DNA of 64,000 nucleotides from Bradyrhizobium sp. (GCF_030654605.1 NZ_JAURXB010000296.1:7220-71219), one strand, 5' to 3'; positions 8,932 to 18,261 are shown, counted from the first letter of the stretch. Notes: a model not told the origin generated them from the sequence alone. Translations and numbers: made by a program.

Positions 8932-9306
8932 CTAGCACCAAGGGTTGCCGTAGCTGTTGAGGCCGCAGCCGTAACCATAGGACCAGCCGTTCCAGGTGGT
9001 GACATCCGGCCCGGCGTACCAGGGCACGCCGTACTCGACCGGCAGAAATGCGACACCGACCGCCGGTGGAATGTACCGCACATATCCGATCGACGGCGTG
9101 AACAGCACGTCGGGTCCGTCAACCAATGATTGCGCGGAACGGTACGGCGCCACCGGGGCCACCGTCGTCCTGAATCTGTAATGCGCGCGGGGGAGCCCCG
9201 GTGGCAATTGGCTGGCGGCACGGCGCGCCGCGGCCGTGCCGGCAGTTTCCGCAGTTGTAGGGATCGCAAGCATCGTAATCAGAAACGGCATCATCCAGCG
9301 CAGCAT
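8932..9306 (-). CDS. small secreted hypothetical protein (Gly/Tyr/Trp-rich C-terminus)
   Basis: C-terminal 124 codons of the artefactual 468-aa ORF 8932..10338. ATG 9306 gives MLRWMMPFLITMLAIPTTAETAG (signal-peptide-like) and the protein ends GWSYGYGCGLNSYGNPWC. No family recognised. Confidence 0.55.
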   Translation of the reverse strand: MLRWMMPFLITMLAIPTTAETAGTAAARRAASQLPPGLPRAHYRFRTTVAPVAPYRSAQSLVDGPDVLFTPSIGYVRYIPPAVGVAFLPVEYGVPWYAGPDVTTWNGWSYGYGCGLNSYGNPWC

Positions 9307-9412
9307 GGCCAGCTCCGGGTTTGGACGGCCGCAGGATGCCATTTTTGGGCGGGCTGGGGGATCGAATAGCGCGACGAGGGTTAACGCGGGCCGATGCGGT
9401 GGACCCTCTTGC

Positions 9413-9438
9413 GTCGTCCCTGCGTTCGCAGGGACGAC
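9413..9438. repeat. short GC-rich hairpin (REP-like) just downstream of metY
   Basis: gtcgtccctgc / gttc / gcagggacgac: perfect 11-bp stem, no adjacent T-run. Confidence 0.7.
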
Positions 9439-9449
9439 CGAAGTCCGCC

Positions 9450-10730
9450 CTACGCGCCCAGCGCCTGCTCCAGATCCGCGATCAGATCTTCCTTGTCCTC
9501 GATGCCGATCGACAGCCGCACCACGTCGGGAGCGGCGCCCGACTTGACCTTGGCGGCGTCGTCGAGCTGGCTGTGGGTGGTCGAGGCCGGATGAATCACC
9601 AGCGAGCGGGTGTCGCCGACATTGGCGAGGTGGGAGAACAGTTTCAGGTTCGACACCAGGTTGACGCCGGCCTCGTAGCCGCCCTTGAGGCTGAAGGTGA
9701 ACACCGCGCCGGCGCCCTTCGGCGCGTATTTGCGCGCGAGGTTGTTGTAGGGGTTGCCGGCGAGCCCGGAATAGTTCACCGCGGCCACCGCCGGATGGCC
9801 GGCGAGATACTCCGCTACCGCCCTGGCATTTTCGCAATGCTTGGCCATGCGCAGCGGCAGCGTCTCGATGCCGGTGAGGATCATGAACGCGTTGAACGGC
9901 GAGATCGCCGGGCCGAGGTCGCGCAGGCCGAGCACGCGGCAGGCGATCGCAAAGGCGAAATTGCCGAAGGTCTCCTGGATCTTGATTCCGTGGTATTCCG
10001 GGCGCGGCTCGCTCAGCATCGGATATTTGTTGTCCTTCGACCAGTCGAAGGTGCCGGCGTCGACGATGACGCCGCCGAGCGAATTGCCGTGGCCGCCGAG
10101 AAACTTGGTCAGCGAATGCACCACGATGTCGGCGCCGTGGTCGATCGGGCGGATCAGATAGGGCGTGGCCAGCGTGTTGTCGACGATCAGGGGCACGCCG
10201 GCCTTGCGGGCGACCGCGGCGATCGCTTCGATATCGGTGATGGAGCCCGCGGGGTTGGCGATCGATTCGATGAAGATCGCCCTGGTGCGCGGGGTGACGG
10301 CGCGCTCGAAGCTGGCGACATCGTCCGGATCGGCCCACACCACGTTCCAGCCGAAACTCTTGAAGGCGTGGGTGAACTGGTTGATCGAGCCGCCATAGAG
10401 TTTTCGCGCCGCGATGAACTCGTCGCCGGGCATCAGCAGTTGCTGCAACACGACCACCTGTGCGGCGTGTCCCGATGCCACGGCGAGGGCGGCAGTGCCG
10501 CCCTCGAGTGCTGCAATGCGCTCTTCCAGCACCGCCTGGGTCGGGTTGCCGATCCTCGTGTAGATGTTGCCGAACGCCTGCAGGCCGAACAGCGAGGCGG
10601 CGTGGTCGGCATCGTTGAACACGAACGACGTGGTCTGGTAGATCGGCGTCGCCCGCGCGCCGGTGGTGGGGTCGGGCTGCGCGCCGGCATGCACGGCGAG
10701 GGTGGAGAAACCCGGAAGGCGGTCGTTCAT
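9450..10730 (-). CDS. metY: O-acetylhomoserine aminocarboxypropyltransferase (sulfhydrylase), PLP-dependent
   Basis: ATG 10730 within ORF 9450..10913 gives MNDRLPGFSTLAVHAGAQPDPTTGARATPIYQTTSFVF. PLP-lysine motif HSLTKFLGGHG. Full-length Cys/Met-metabolism fold. Confidence 0.9.
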   Translation of the reverse strand: MNDRLPGFSTLAVHAGAQPDPTTGARATPIYQTTSFVFNDADHAASLFGLQAFGNIYTRIGNPTQAVLEERIAALEGGTAALAVASGHAAQVVVLQQLLMPGDEFIAARKLYGGSINQFTHAFKSFGWNVVWADPDDVASFERAVTPRTRAIFIESIANPAGSITDIEAIAAVARKAGVPLIVDNTLATPYLIRPIDHGADIVVHSLTKFLGGHGNSLGGVIVDAGTFDWSKDNKYPMLSEPRPEYHGIKIQETFGNFAFAIACRVLGLRDLGPAISPFNAFMILTGIETLPLRMAKHCENARAVAEYLAGHPAVAAVNYSGLAGNPYNNLARKYAPKGAGAVFTFSLKGGYEAGVNLVSNLKLFSHLANVGDTRSLVIHPASTTHSQLDDAAKVKSGAAPDVVRLSIGIEDKEDLIADLEQALGA

Positions 10731-10881
10731 TCTGTGGATCCTGTTTTCGGCTGATTTGAAAGCGCGCGGCATGCTGATGGCGGAGGCGTCCGTCGTCAAG
10801 GCGGATCGGCGGCCTGGCGGATGTTCGAAACGGCCGTGCTTCGCTCCGGCGCTTTCAGGGAACGATTGCGTCGCGTCGGCA

Positions 10882-11466
10882 TCAGGTGGGGTCGGCCTTG
10901 TTCTTGGCGGCACGGTCGGAGGCGGCGGTCTCGCCGCCGCCGAGGCTCGTTCGATTGAGCGACAGCCGCATGCCCTGGGTCGGCATCGGCGCGCGCTTCG
11001 AACTCAGGGTGCGCGAATTGACGCCCATCCAGGAAATCTCCGAGGAGAGCCGGCCATATTCGATCTTGGGGCAGCGGTTCATCACCACCTTGATGCCGGC
11101 CGCCTCGGCTTTCGCCGCCGCGGCATCGTCGCGGGCGCCGAGCTGCATCCAGATCACCTTCGGCAGCGGATCGAGCCGCAGTGCCTCCTCGACGACCGGC
11201 ATGATGTGAGTGGAATTGCGAAAAATATCGATCATGTCGACGGGGCGGCCGATATCCGCGAGCGAAGCGACGAAGGGCTTGTCGAGCAGGTTCTTGCCGA
11301 CATGACCGGGATTGACCGGGATCATGTCATAGCCGCGCTGTGCCAGATATTTGAACGCAAAATAGCTCGGCCGCACATTGACCGGCGACGCCCCCACCAT
11401 CGCGATCGATTTCACGCCGTTGAGGATGCCGCGGATATAGTTGTCGTCGTAATTGTCGTGGTTCAT
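10882..11466 (-). CDS. CoA-binding domain protein (YccU/YneT-like)
   Basis: 194-aa ORF. IAMVGASPVNVRPSYFAFKYLAQRGYDMIPVNP and VIWMQLG are typical of CoA_binding_2 proteins. Confidence 0.8.
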   Translation of the reverse strand: MNHDNYDDNYIRGILNGVKSIAMVGASPVNVRPSYFAFKYLAQRGYDMIPVNPGHVGKNLLDKPFVASLADIGRPVDMIDIFRNSTHIMPVVEEALRLDPLPKVIWMQLGARDDAAAAKAEAAGIKVVMNRCPKIEYGRLSSEISWMGVNSRTLSSKRAPMPTQGMRLSLNRTSLGGGETAASDRAAKNKADPT

Positions 11467-11484
11467 TCACAAAAATTCCCGGTT

Positions 11485-11588
11485 CCTCATGGTGAGGAGC
11501 GCGTCTTCGCGCGTCTCGAACCATCGGGCACACTGCCCGTTGCCATCCTTCGAGACGCGCGCGAAGGGCGCGCTCCTCAGGATGAGGC
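11485..11588. repeat. imperfect ~100-bp palindromic REP/MITE-like element
   Basis: cctcatggtgaggagcgcgtcttcgcgcgtctcgaaccatcg pairs with gccatccttcgagacgcgcgcgaagggcgcgctcctcaggatgagg. Fills almost the whole gap between two co-directional genes. Confidence 0.8.
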
Positions 11589-11590
11589 GT

Positions 11591-12415
11591 CTACTCATCC
11601 ACCCATTTCGGCGCGCGTTTCTCGATGAAGGCGCCGATGCCTTCCTCGGCGTCGCGCGCCATCATGTTCTCGGTCATCACTTCCGCAGCGTAGCGATAGG
11701 CCTCGGTGAGGTTCATTTCGGCCTGGCGGTAGAACGCTTCCTTGCCGAGCTTGATCGTATAGGCGGACTTCAGCGCGACCTTTTGCGCCAATGCGATCGC
11801 GGCGTCGCGCTCGGTGCCGGCGGCCACGACGCGGTTGACGAGGCCGATATCGCGCGCCGTCGCCGCTGCGATCGGCTCGCCGGTCAGCAGCATTTCCATC
11901 GCCTGCTTGCGCGGGACGTTGCGCGACAAGGCCACCATCGGCGTGGAGCAGAACAGCCCGATATCGACGCCGGGCGTGGCGAAGGTCGCGGCCTCCGACG
12001 CCACCGCGAGATCGCAGCTCGCCACCAGCTGGCATCCGGCGGCGGTGGCAACGCCCTGCACGGCGGCGACCACCGGTTTCGGCAGTTGCACGATCGCCTG
12101 CATCATGGCGCTGCAGGCGTTCATGAGGGTGGCGAAGTAGGCGCGGCCGCGATCGGCATCGCTGCGGCGGGCGGTCAGTTCCTTCATGTCGTGGCCGGCG
12201 GAAAAGGCCGGGCCGATGGCCGCGATCACCACCGCGCGCACGCTCGCATCGTCATGGATCTGGTTGAGCGCGCCGTGCAGTTCGGCGATCAGGCCTTCCG
12301 ACAGGCTGTTGCGGGCCGCGGAGCGGTTGAGCGTGAGCACGGCGATGCTGCCAACGGTCTCCCGCAGCAGGATCGGGGAGGGTGGCGTAGCGGCGCGGGC
12401 GGTTTGGGTGGGCAT
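11591..12415 (-). CDS. enoyl-CoA hydratase/isomerase family protein
   Basis: 274-aa ORF. Crotonase-fold motifs FSAGHDMKE, AAVQGVATAAGCQLV and GVDIGLF. Confidence 0.85.
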   Translation of the reverse strand: MPTQTARAATPPSPILLRETVGSIAVLTLNRSAARNSLSEGLIAELHGALNQIHDDASVRAVVIAAIGPAFSAGHDMKELTARRSDADRGRAYFATLMNACSAMMQAIVQLPKPVVAAVQGVATAAGCQLVASCDLAVASEAATFATPGVDIGLFCSTPMVALSRNVPRKQAMEMLLTGEPIAAATARDIGLVNRVVAAGTERDAAIALAQKVALKSAYTIKLGKEAFYRQAEMNLTEAYRYAAEVMTENMMARDAEEGIGAFIEKRAPKWVDE

Positions 12416-12494
12416 CGGAAATTTCCACTAGGGCAGGTGCGTCACCATAATGTAACAAGCCCAGCGAGGCGAGGCGAGGGCAGGCGGGACTGAC

Positions 12495-12923
12495 ATGGCA
12501 GTTGTGAAAATGAGCGTGGCTGAGCTGGAGGAGTTCCTTCGTGTCGAATTTCCGCAATCCTTCGGCAGCGGCGACACCTCCATCGAAAGCGCCGACGGAA
12601 CGACCTGCCTGCTGCGGCAGCGCTACAGCGCGCGGATGCTGCGTCCGGGCGGGACGGTGTCGGGGCCGACGCTGATGGCGCTGGCCGATTGCGCCATGTA
12701 TGTGGTGTTGCTGTCGGCGATCGGCCCGATCGGTCTCGCCGTGACCACCAACCTCAACATCAATTTTCTGCGCAAGGGCCAGGCCGGCCAGGATATCCTC
12801 GCGGAAGCCAGGCTCTTGAAGCTCGGCAAGCGGCTGGCGGTCGGCGAGGTCAATCTGCTGTCAGGCACGTCGCCCGATCCGATCGCCCATGTGACATCGA
12901 CCTATTCCATTCCAAATACTTAG
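12495..12923 (+). CDS. PaaI-family hotdog-fold thioesterase
   Basis: 142-aa ORF. GGTVSGPTLMALADCAM and NLNINFLRK...GKRLAVGEV fit the PaaI/4HBT pattern. Confidence 0.75.
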   Translation: MAVVKMSVAELEEFLRVEFPQSFGSGDTSIESADGTTCLLRQRYSARMLRPGGTVSGPTLMALADCAMYVVLLSAIGPIGLAVTTNLNINFLRKGQAGQDILAEARLLKLGKRLAVGEVNLLSGTSPDPIAHVTSTYSIPNT

Positions 12924-12994
12924 TGTTTTTGACGGTAATATAACACCATATTTATAAGTTGTTGTTTTTGCTATGGGAATTATGCGTCATGGGC

Positions 12995-13023
12995 GTTGAC
13001 GCGTGCGGTCGAGCCATCTAGAA
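12995..13023 (+). promoter_or_regulatory. candidate sigma70-type promoter of rplM-rpsI
   Basis: TTGACG (12995-13000), 17-nt spacer, TAGAAA (13018-13023), preceded by an A/T-rich stretch (12924-12975). Position-only prediction. Confidence 0.3.
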
Positions 13024-13078
13024 ACCGCGCAGTTCGGCGCTGATGCGCCTGATGTCCCCTTTTCACGGATTTCCTCAC

Positions 13079-13543
13079 ATGAAAACGTTTTCGGCCAAGC
13101 CCGCCGAGGTGACGAAGAAGTGGGTGCTGATCGACGCCAAAGGTCTGGTTGTCGGCCGGCTCGCCACCATTGTCGCCACGCGCCTGCGCGGCAAGCATCT
13201 CCCGATCTACACGCCGCATGTCGATTGCGGTGACCATGTCATCATCATCAACGCGGCGCATGTCGTGCTGACCGGTCGCAAGCGCGAGAACAAGGTGTAT
13301 TACAATCACACCGGCTTCATCGGCGGCATCAAGGAACGCACCGCGAAGTCGATCCTCGAGGGTCGTTTCCCCGAGCGCGTGGTCGAGAAGGCCATCGAGC
13401 GCATGATCCCGCGCGGCCCGCTCGGCCGGGTGCAGATGGGCAATCTGCGCGTCTATGCCGGCGCCGAGCATCCGCATGAAGCCCAGCAACCCGAATCGCT
13501 CGACGTCGCTTCGATGAATCGCAAGAACATGAGGGCCGCATAA
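13079..13543 (+). CDS. rplM: 50S ribosomal protein L13
   Basis: ATG 13079 gives [29 protein letters not shown]..., the canonical L13 N-terminus. Confidence 0.97.
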   Translation: MKTFSAKPAEVTKKWVLIDAKGLVVGRLATIVATRLRGKHLPIYTPHVDCGDHVIIINAAHVVLTGRKRENKVYYNHTGFIGGIKERTAKSILEGRFPERVVEKAIERMIPRGPLGRVQMGNLRVYAGAEHPHEAQQPESLDVASMNRKNMRAA

Positions 13544-13544
13544 G

Positions 13545-14021
13545 ATGTCCGATACCATGCAGTCTCTCGACCAGTTGTCGGCATTGAAGACGGCCGCGCC
13601 GGATTCGCCGAAATACGTCAAGAAGGTCGACAAGCAGGGCCGCGCCTATGCCACCGGCAAGCGCAAGGACGCGGTTGCCCGCGTCTGGATCAAGCCCGGC
13701 GCCGGCAAGGTCATCGTCAACACCCGCGAGGTCGAAGTCTATTTCGCCCGCCCGGTGCTGCGCATGATGATCCAGCAGCCGCTGGTCGCCGCCGCTCGCG
13801 CGGGCCAGTACGACGTGATCTGCACCGTTGCCGGTGGTGGTCTGTCGGGCCAGGCCGGTGCCGTGCGTCACGGCATCTCCAAGGCGCTGACCTATTTCGA
13901 GCCGGATCTGCGCGGCGTCCTGAAGAAGGGCGGCTTCCTGACCCGCGACTCCCGCGTCGTCGAGCGCAAGAAGTACGGCCGCGCCAAGGCCCGAAAATCG
14001 TTCCAGTTCTCGAAGCGCTAA
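13545..14021 (+). CDS. rpsI: 30S ribosomal protein S9
   Basis: 158 aa, ending ...[18 protein letters not shown] (canonical S9 C-terminus). Starts 1 nt after the rplM stop. Confidence 0.97.
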   Translation: MSDTMQSLDQLSALKTAAPDSPKYVKKVDKQGRAYATGKRKDAVARVWIKPGAGKVIVNTREVEVYFARPVLRMMIQQPLVAAARAGQYDVICTVAGGGLSGQAGAVRHGISKALTYFEPDLRGVLKKGGFLTRDSRVVERKKYGRAKARKSFQFSKR

Positions 14022-14050
14022 ACGGCGACCATCAAATATCCAACGAAAGA

Positions 14051-14077
14051 GGGCTGCATCACTTGCAGCCCTTTTTT
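14051..14077 (+). terminator. rho-independent terminator of rplM-rpsI
   Basis: gggctgca-tcact-tgcagccc followed by tttttt. Confidence 0.8.
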
Positions 14078-14088
14078 GTGGTCCTGGT

Positions 14089-14721
14089 TCAGGCGTGACG
14101 GCGGCTGAACAATAACAGGCCACCCATCGTCGCGAACAGCCCGCCTGTTGCCCTGTTGATCCAACGCATGTGCCAGCTGGACCGCAGGACGGGAGCGACG
14201 GTGGAGACGCCGAAGGCACACATCGCCAGCACGCTGAACTCACAAGTGACGAAGGTGAGGGCGAGGATGCAATATTGCGGTGCGAACGGTTCGATCGGGT
14301 TCAGGAACTGCGGGAAGAACGCGGTGAAGAACAGGATGGCCTTGGGATTGCTGGAGCCTACCAGGAAGCCTCTGACATAGTGTGAGCCCAAGCGCCTCCG
14401 GCTGTCCGTTGCAGCTCCCTTGATCCTGATTGCGGCGGCGCTGCCGCAGAACGTCCTGATGCCGAGCCAGATGAGATAGATGGCCCCGATCACCTTGACC
14501 ACGGTGAAGGCAAGCTCCGATGCCGCGAGCAATGCACCGAGGCCCAATGCCGAAAGCGTCATCACGCCGAGGGCGGCGCTGATGCTGCCGACAGCAGCTG
14601 CGAGGGCGTTTGACTTGCCGTCGTTGAGAGCAGTCGTCATGCAGGCGAGCATGGTTGGGCCGGGTGACAGCACCAGCACCGCAACGGCGGCCAAGTATAG
14701 CGAGTAGCTCGTCAGGCTCAT
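14089..14721 (-). CDS. LysE/RhtB family amino-acid exporter
   Basis: ATG 14721 gives MSLTSYSLYLAAVAVLVLSPGPTML..., the LysE-family N-terminal signature. About 6 TM helices. Confidence 0.85.
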   Translation of the reverse strand: MSLTSYSLYLAAVAVLVLSPGPTMLACMTTALNDGKSNALAAAVGSISAALGVMTLSALGLGALLAASELAFTVVKVIGAIYLIWLGIRTFCGSAAAIRIKGAATDSRRRLGSHYVRGFLVGSSNPKAILFFTAFFPQFLNPIEPFAPQYCILALTFVTCEFSVLAMCAFGVSTVAPVLRSSWHMRWINRATGGLFATMGGLLLFSRRHA

Positions 14722-14882
14722 TGTTGCGTTCCATCGGGCGTAGAGGGCATATTGAATCTCACCAGCCACTGAATGCCATGATGGTGACAGGGTCCATTTC
14801 ATTAGCAGTCCGGTGGCGGATTCATAGCGAAGCGCCAGTCGCTACGCGCGAAATTGCCGCAGTGCGACATATGCAGAACATC

Positions 14883-14911
14883 AAAAAGGGCGCCCCAGGG
14901 CGCCCTTTTTG
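14883..14911. terminator. symmetric terminator-like hairpin (A-run / stem / T-run) in a divergent intergenic region
   Basis: aaaaagggcgcc-cca-gggcgccctttttg. Lies upstream of both flanking genes (LysE start 14721, GGDEF start 15072), so it terminates neither. Confidence 0.5.
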
Positions 14912-15071
14912 CTGCGTATTTGCCGAGCAGTTGACGCAGTTTTTCCTGAAAACTTTCGTATGCGTGCAAACGAATTTCGAAGAAGCGCGGTACTAGCGTG
15001 CGCCACGGTGACGGCGCGGGGCTGATTTCAAGCGCGCCGGCTGCCGGCGCATCACAAACCTCCGGTGGACC

Positions 15072-16295
15072 ATGTCGCTCGATATTTCCACGCTGTATCT
15101 CGTTGCCACGATGGTTGCGGCCATGCTGGGAGCCATGCTGCTGTTTTTCGGCAAGCAGGAGCATATCCCGGCGCTGAAATGGTGGGGCACCGCCTATCTG
15201 CTCGGCGCGGCATCCGTCGCACTGTGGACGCTCGCCGCCGGCGCGCTCGGCCAGATGCTTTCGCTGGCGCTCAATGCCGTCGGCTTCGTGGCCTGCGGCA
15301 TGGTCTGGAACGCGTCGCGCGTCTTCCACGGCCGCAAGCCGAATTGGCCGGGGCTGGTGCTGGGCGCGATCGCCTGGATCGCCGCCGTCATGACTTTGGC
15401 GCCGGAAGCCTCCGCCATGCGCATGACGATCGGCGCCGGCATCGTCGCTGTTTATGCGGCGCTGACCGCCACCGAGCTGTGGTCGGACCGGCGCAGGGCG
15501 CTGCAAAAGCGCTGGCCGGCCATCGTGGTGCCGGTGCTGCACGGTTTCGTATTGATGCTGCCGATCCTGCTCGGCGATCTCCTGCACGCGCATGATGCAA
15601 CGTTTTCCGGCAGCATCTGGGTGACGGTGTTCTCCATCGAGCTCGTGCTCTACGCGGTCGGCACCGTGTTCGTGATCTTCATGCTGGTGTCGGACCGCGC
15701 GGTGACCGCGCACAAGACCGCGGCATCGATGGATCCGCTGACCGGCATGTTCAACCGCCGCGGCTTTGCCGAGGCGTGCTCGCGGGTGATCGACCGTGAG
15801 GCCAATGCCGGCCGTCCGGTCACGGTGATGATCTTCGACATCGACCATTTCAAGTCGATCAATGACCGCTTCGGCCACCCGGCGGGCGACGAGATTCTCA
15901 AACTATTCGCCGCCGTCGTGGTCAACGGGCTGCGCATCACCGACCTTTCGGGACGAATCGGCGGCGAGGAGTTCGCCGCCCTGCTGCCCTGTTCGCTGGA
16001 AGAAGGTGTCGTCGTCGCCGAACGCGTCCGTGAGGCGTTCGAGGGTTCGGGAATCGTCGACGAGACCGGGCCGGTCGACACCACCGTCAGCATCGGGGTG
16101 GCCGGCGGCCCCGCCGGCACCGAGCTCGAGGTGCTGCTGGCCGCGGCAGATACCGCGCTCTATCAGGCCAAACGCGGCGGCCGCAATCGCGTCGAGGCGG
16201 CGGAGGAGCTGCCGCTGTCGCTGGAAAACTGGCGGCGCAAGACCGCGGGCATTTCGCGTCAACCGCAGAAGCCGGCGGTTACGCAACTCGCGTAA
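15072..16295 (+). CDS. membrane-anchored diguanylate cyclase (GGDEF domain)
   Basis: 407 aa. About 6 N-terminal TM helices, then DPLTGMFNRRGF ... RIGGEEFAALLP (GGEEF active site) ... ALYQAKRGGRNRV. Confidence 0.9.
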   Translation: MSLDISTLYLVATMVAAMLGAMLLFFGKQEHIPALKWWGTAYLLGAASVALWTLAAGALGQMLSLALNAVGFVACGMVWNASRVFHGRKPNWPGLVLGAIAWIAAVMTLAPEASAMRMTIGAGIVAVYAALTATELWSDRRRALQKRWPAIVVPVLHGFVLMLPILLGDLLHAHDATFSGSIWVTVFSIELVLYAVGTVFVIFMLVSDRAVTAHKTAASMDPLTGMFNRRGFAEACSRVIDREANAGRPVTVMIFDIDHFKSINDRFGHPAGDEILKLFAAVVVNGLRITDLSGRIGGEEFAALLPCSLEEGVVVAERVREAFEGSGIVDETGPVDTTVSIGVAGGPAGTELEVLLAAADTALYQAKRGGRNRVEAAEELPLSLENWRRKTAGISRQPQKPAVTQLA

Positions 16296-16335
16296 GCGCG
16301 GGCGGTAACCATGCGTTTACCATTCCATCGATATC

Positions 16336-16581
16336 ATGCTGGCCATGAATACAGCCTCCAGCCATCGCGCCAACGCCGCCCTGATGTCGCTCGAAGCCGC
16401 AGCCGCATCGGCGCGCGGCGGGTTTGCCTGCCTGTTCTCGACGTCGGACGAATACGAGACGGCGCTGATCAGCGAACGGCGGGCGCAGGGCCGCTACGGC
16501 GCACCGCGCAGCCGCTGGCCGCTGGCGATGTTCGCGGGCTGCACCCTGGTGGTCGCAGGCACGGTGCTGTTCTTCAGCTAG
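16336..16581 (+). CDS. small hypothetical protein with C-terminal TM helix
   Basis: 81-aa ORF with G/C-rich third codon positions like neighbouring genes. C-terminal WPLAMFAGCTLVVAGTVLFFS. Followed by a terminator. Confidence 0.5.
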   Translation: MLAMNTASSHRANAALMSLEAAAASARGGFACLFSTSDEYETALISERRAQGRYGAPRSRWPLAMFAGCTLVVAGTVLFFS

Positions 16582-16605
16582 GTATCCGTGCGAAACTGGT
16601 ATGCC

Positions 16606-16633
16606 GGGGCGCCGCAAGGCGCCCTTTTTCTTT
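16606..16633 (+). terminator. rho-independent terminator
   Basis: ggggcgcc-gcaa-ggcgccc followed by tttttctttg. Confidence 0.7.
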
Positions 16634-16683
16634 GCGGCCGGCTGGGCTAGAGACGTCCATTCTCCAGCGAAAGGCCGCCCCCG

Positions 16684-16986
16684 ATGATCACCGAAATCGC
16701 ACAGATCGACATCAAGCCCGGCTCCGAAAAGGATTTCGAGGCGGCGGTCGCCAAGGCCCGCGCAGCGTTCGGAAGCTCCAAAGGCTTTCACGGCTTCGAA
16801 TTGCATCGCTCGATCGAAAAGCCGCAGCGCTACCGCCTGATGGTGAAGTGGGAGACGCTCGAAAATCACACCGTGGATTTCCGCGGCTCCGAGCAATTCA
16901 CCCAATGGCGCGGGCTGGTCGGGCCGTATTTTGCCGCGCCGCCAGAGGTCGAACATACCGAGACGGTGCTCACATCGGTGGTTTGA
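16684..16986 (+). CDS. antibiotic-biosynthesis-monooxygenase (ABM) domain protein
   Basis: 100 aa. MITEIAQIDIKPGSEKDFEAAV...YRLMVKWETLENHTVDFRGSEQF is a typical ABM ferredoxin-like fold pattern. Confidence 0.8.
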   Translation: MITEIAQIDIKPGSEKDFEAAVAKARAAFGSSKGFHGFELHRSIEKPQRYRLMVKWETLENHTVDFRGSEQFTQWRGLVGPYFAAPPEVEHTETVLTSVV

Positions 16987-18121
16987 ACCCGGCGGTGGAG
17001 TCAGGCGCGCTCTTCTCGGCCTTGAAGTGATCGATCATGACCTTGGCGATTGCCATCAGCGGCAGCGCCAGGGCCAGGCCCCAGATGCCGAACACGACGC
17101 CCAGCAGGATCTGGAAAGCGAATAGCGTGGCGGGCGGAATGTCCAGCGCGTGACGCTGGATGATCGGGGTGAGGATATAGCTTTCCAGCGCGTGGACGCC
17201 CATGAACAGCACGAACGCGCTGGCGCCTGCGACCCATCCGGAGGCGAGGCTCGCCAGCACCACGATCAAGCCGCCGATCAGCGCGCCAATGGTCGGAATG
17301 AAGGCCAGCAATCCGGCCTGGATCCCCAGAATGAACGCGCTCTGGATTCCGATGATGCTCAGGCCAATCCAGGTTACGAGGAACACCGCCAGCATCGTCA
17401 CGATCTGCGCGATCAGCCAGCGCTCCAGCGTTTCGCCGATGCGGTCGACGATCGCGGTCGCGCGGGCGCGGTGCCGCGCGGGGGCCATGTACAACAGCCC
17501 TTTTCGATAGACCGCGGGCTGCGCCGCGAACGCCAGTCCGAGAAACAGCACGATGAAGAAGTTTCCGACCGCACTGACGGTGCCGAGCAGCACTTTCAGG
17601 GTCTGGCTCACGATGGCGCCGCCGCCGGAGGCGATGGCGCCCGCGCTCGGAAGATTATGCGGCACCGGCGCGGCCGGCGTTACCGGCGTTTCGTGGGTCG
17701 ACGAAGCGGCCGGCGCACCGATATTGCCGAGCTCGAGATAGCTGGTATCGATGCCGTTCTTCTCCAGGAAAGCCTTGACGTTGACCAGTTGCGATTTGAT
17801 CGTATCGCTCAGCACGGTGGCCTGTTTCGCGATGGTGGCGCCGCCGAGGAACACCACGCCCGACAGCATGCCCGCCAGCACCAGGCAGACGAGGGTCAGC
17901 CGCAGCGCATGCGGCAGCCTGACGACGGTGCCGAGCATGTGGGTCATGGCGTTGAGCGCGACGCCAAGCAGCATGCCGGCGAAAATCAGGAACAGCGTCG
18001 CCGCGAAATGCCACGTGAACAGCAACAGGGCTGCGAAGATGACAATGCCGATGCCGCCGACCGATATCGACCACGCCAGGTCGTTGCGGGCCCGAAGTCG
18101 ATCGTCAGCCGAGACTGCCAC
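16970..18121 (-). CDS. AI-2E family transporter (PerM/YhhT-like permease)
   Basis: 383 aa, about 8 TM helices. C-terminal ALESYILTPIIQRHALDIPPATLFAFQILLGVVFGIWGLALALP is characteristic. Confidence 0.85.
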   Translation of the reverse strand: MAVSADDRLRARNDLAWSISVGGIGIVIFAALLLFTWHFAATLFLIFAGMLLGVALNAMTHMLGTVVRLPHALRLTLVCLVLAGMLSGVVFLGGATIAKQATVLSDTIKSQLVNVKAFLEKNGIDTSYLELGNIGAPAASSTHETPVTPAAPVPHNLPSAGAIASGGGAIVSQTLKVLLGTVSAVGNFFIVLFLGLAFAAQPAVYRKGLLYMAPARHRARATAIVDRIGETLERWLIAQIVTMLAVFLVTWIGLSIIGIQSAFILGIQAGLLAFIPTIGALIGGLIVVLASLASGWVAGASAFVLFMGVHALESYILTPIIQRHALDIPPATLFAFQILLGVVFGIWGLALALPLMAIAKVMIDHFKAEKSAPDSTAGFKPPM

Positions 18122-18261
18122 GTTGATTCCCCCTCAAATCAATTTCCGGCGGCACTCTTGTGCGAAACGCGCCCGGGATCAAGCGTGGAAGGCGCCGGTT
18201 TGACGCTGGCGCGCCGGTTGTGCAAAGCGGGGCGCGGGATCCGGCCGCGGGTCGGCGAGGG

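Noticed and set aside
8932-10338. 468-aa minus-strand ORF spanning the ctaA-metY gap and running antisense-frame through metY.
   Set aside because: It is a chimera. Only the last 124 codons (8932-9306) have a signal peptide and plausible composition. The rest is an out-of-frame read-through of the metY region, and metY itself is in another minus-strand frame.
10731-10881. 151-nt leader upstream of metY: possible SAM-II (metA-type) riboswitch, which is common before met genes in alphaproteobacteria.
   Set aside because: Reading the minus strand, I could not find the conserved pseudoknot core (the AAAGCU-type 3' element paired to the P1 loop). A GCTGATTTGAAAGCG string exists, but on the wrong strand. 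A covariance-model scan (Rfam RF00521, SAM-V, SAM/SAH) would be decisive.
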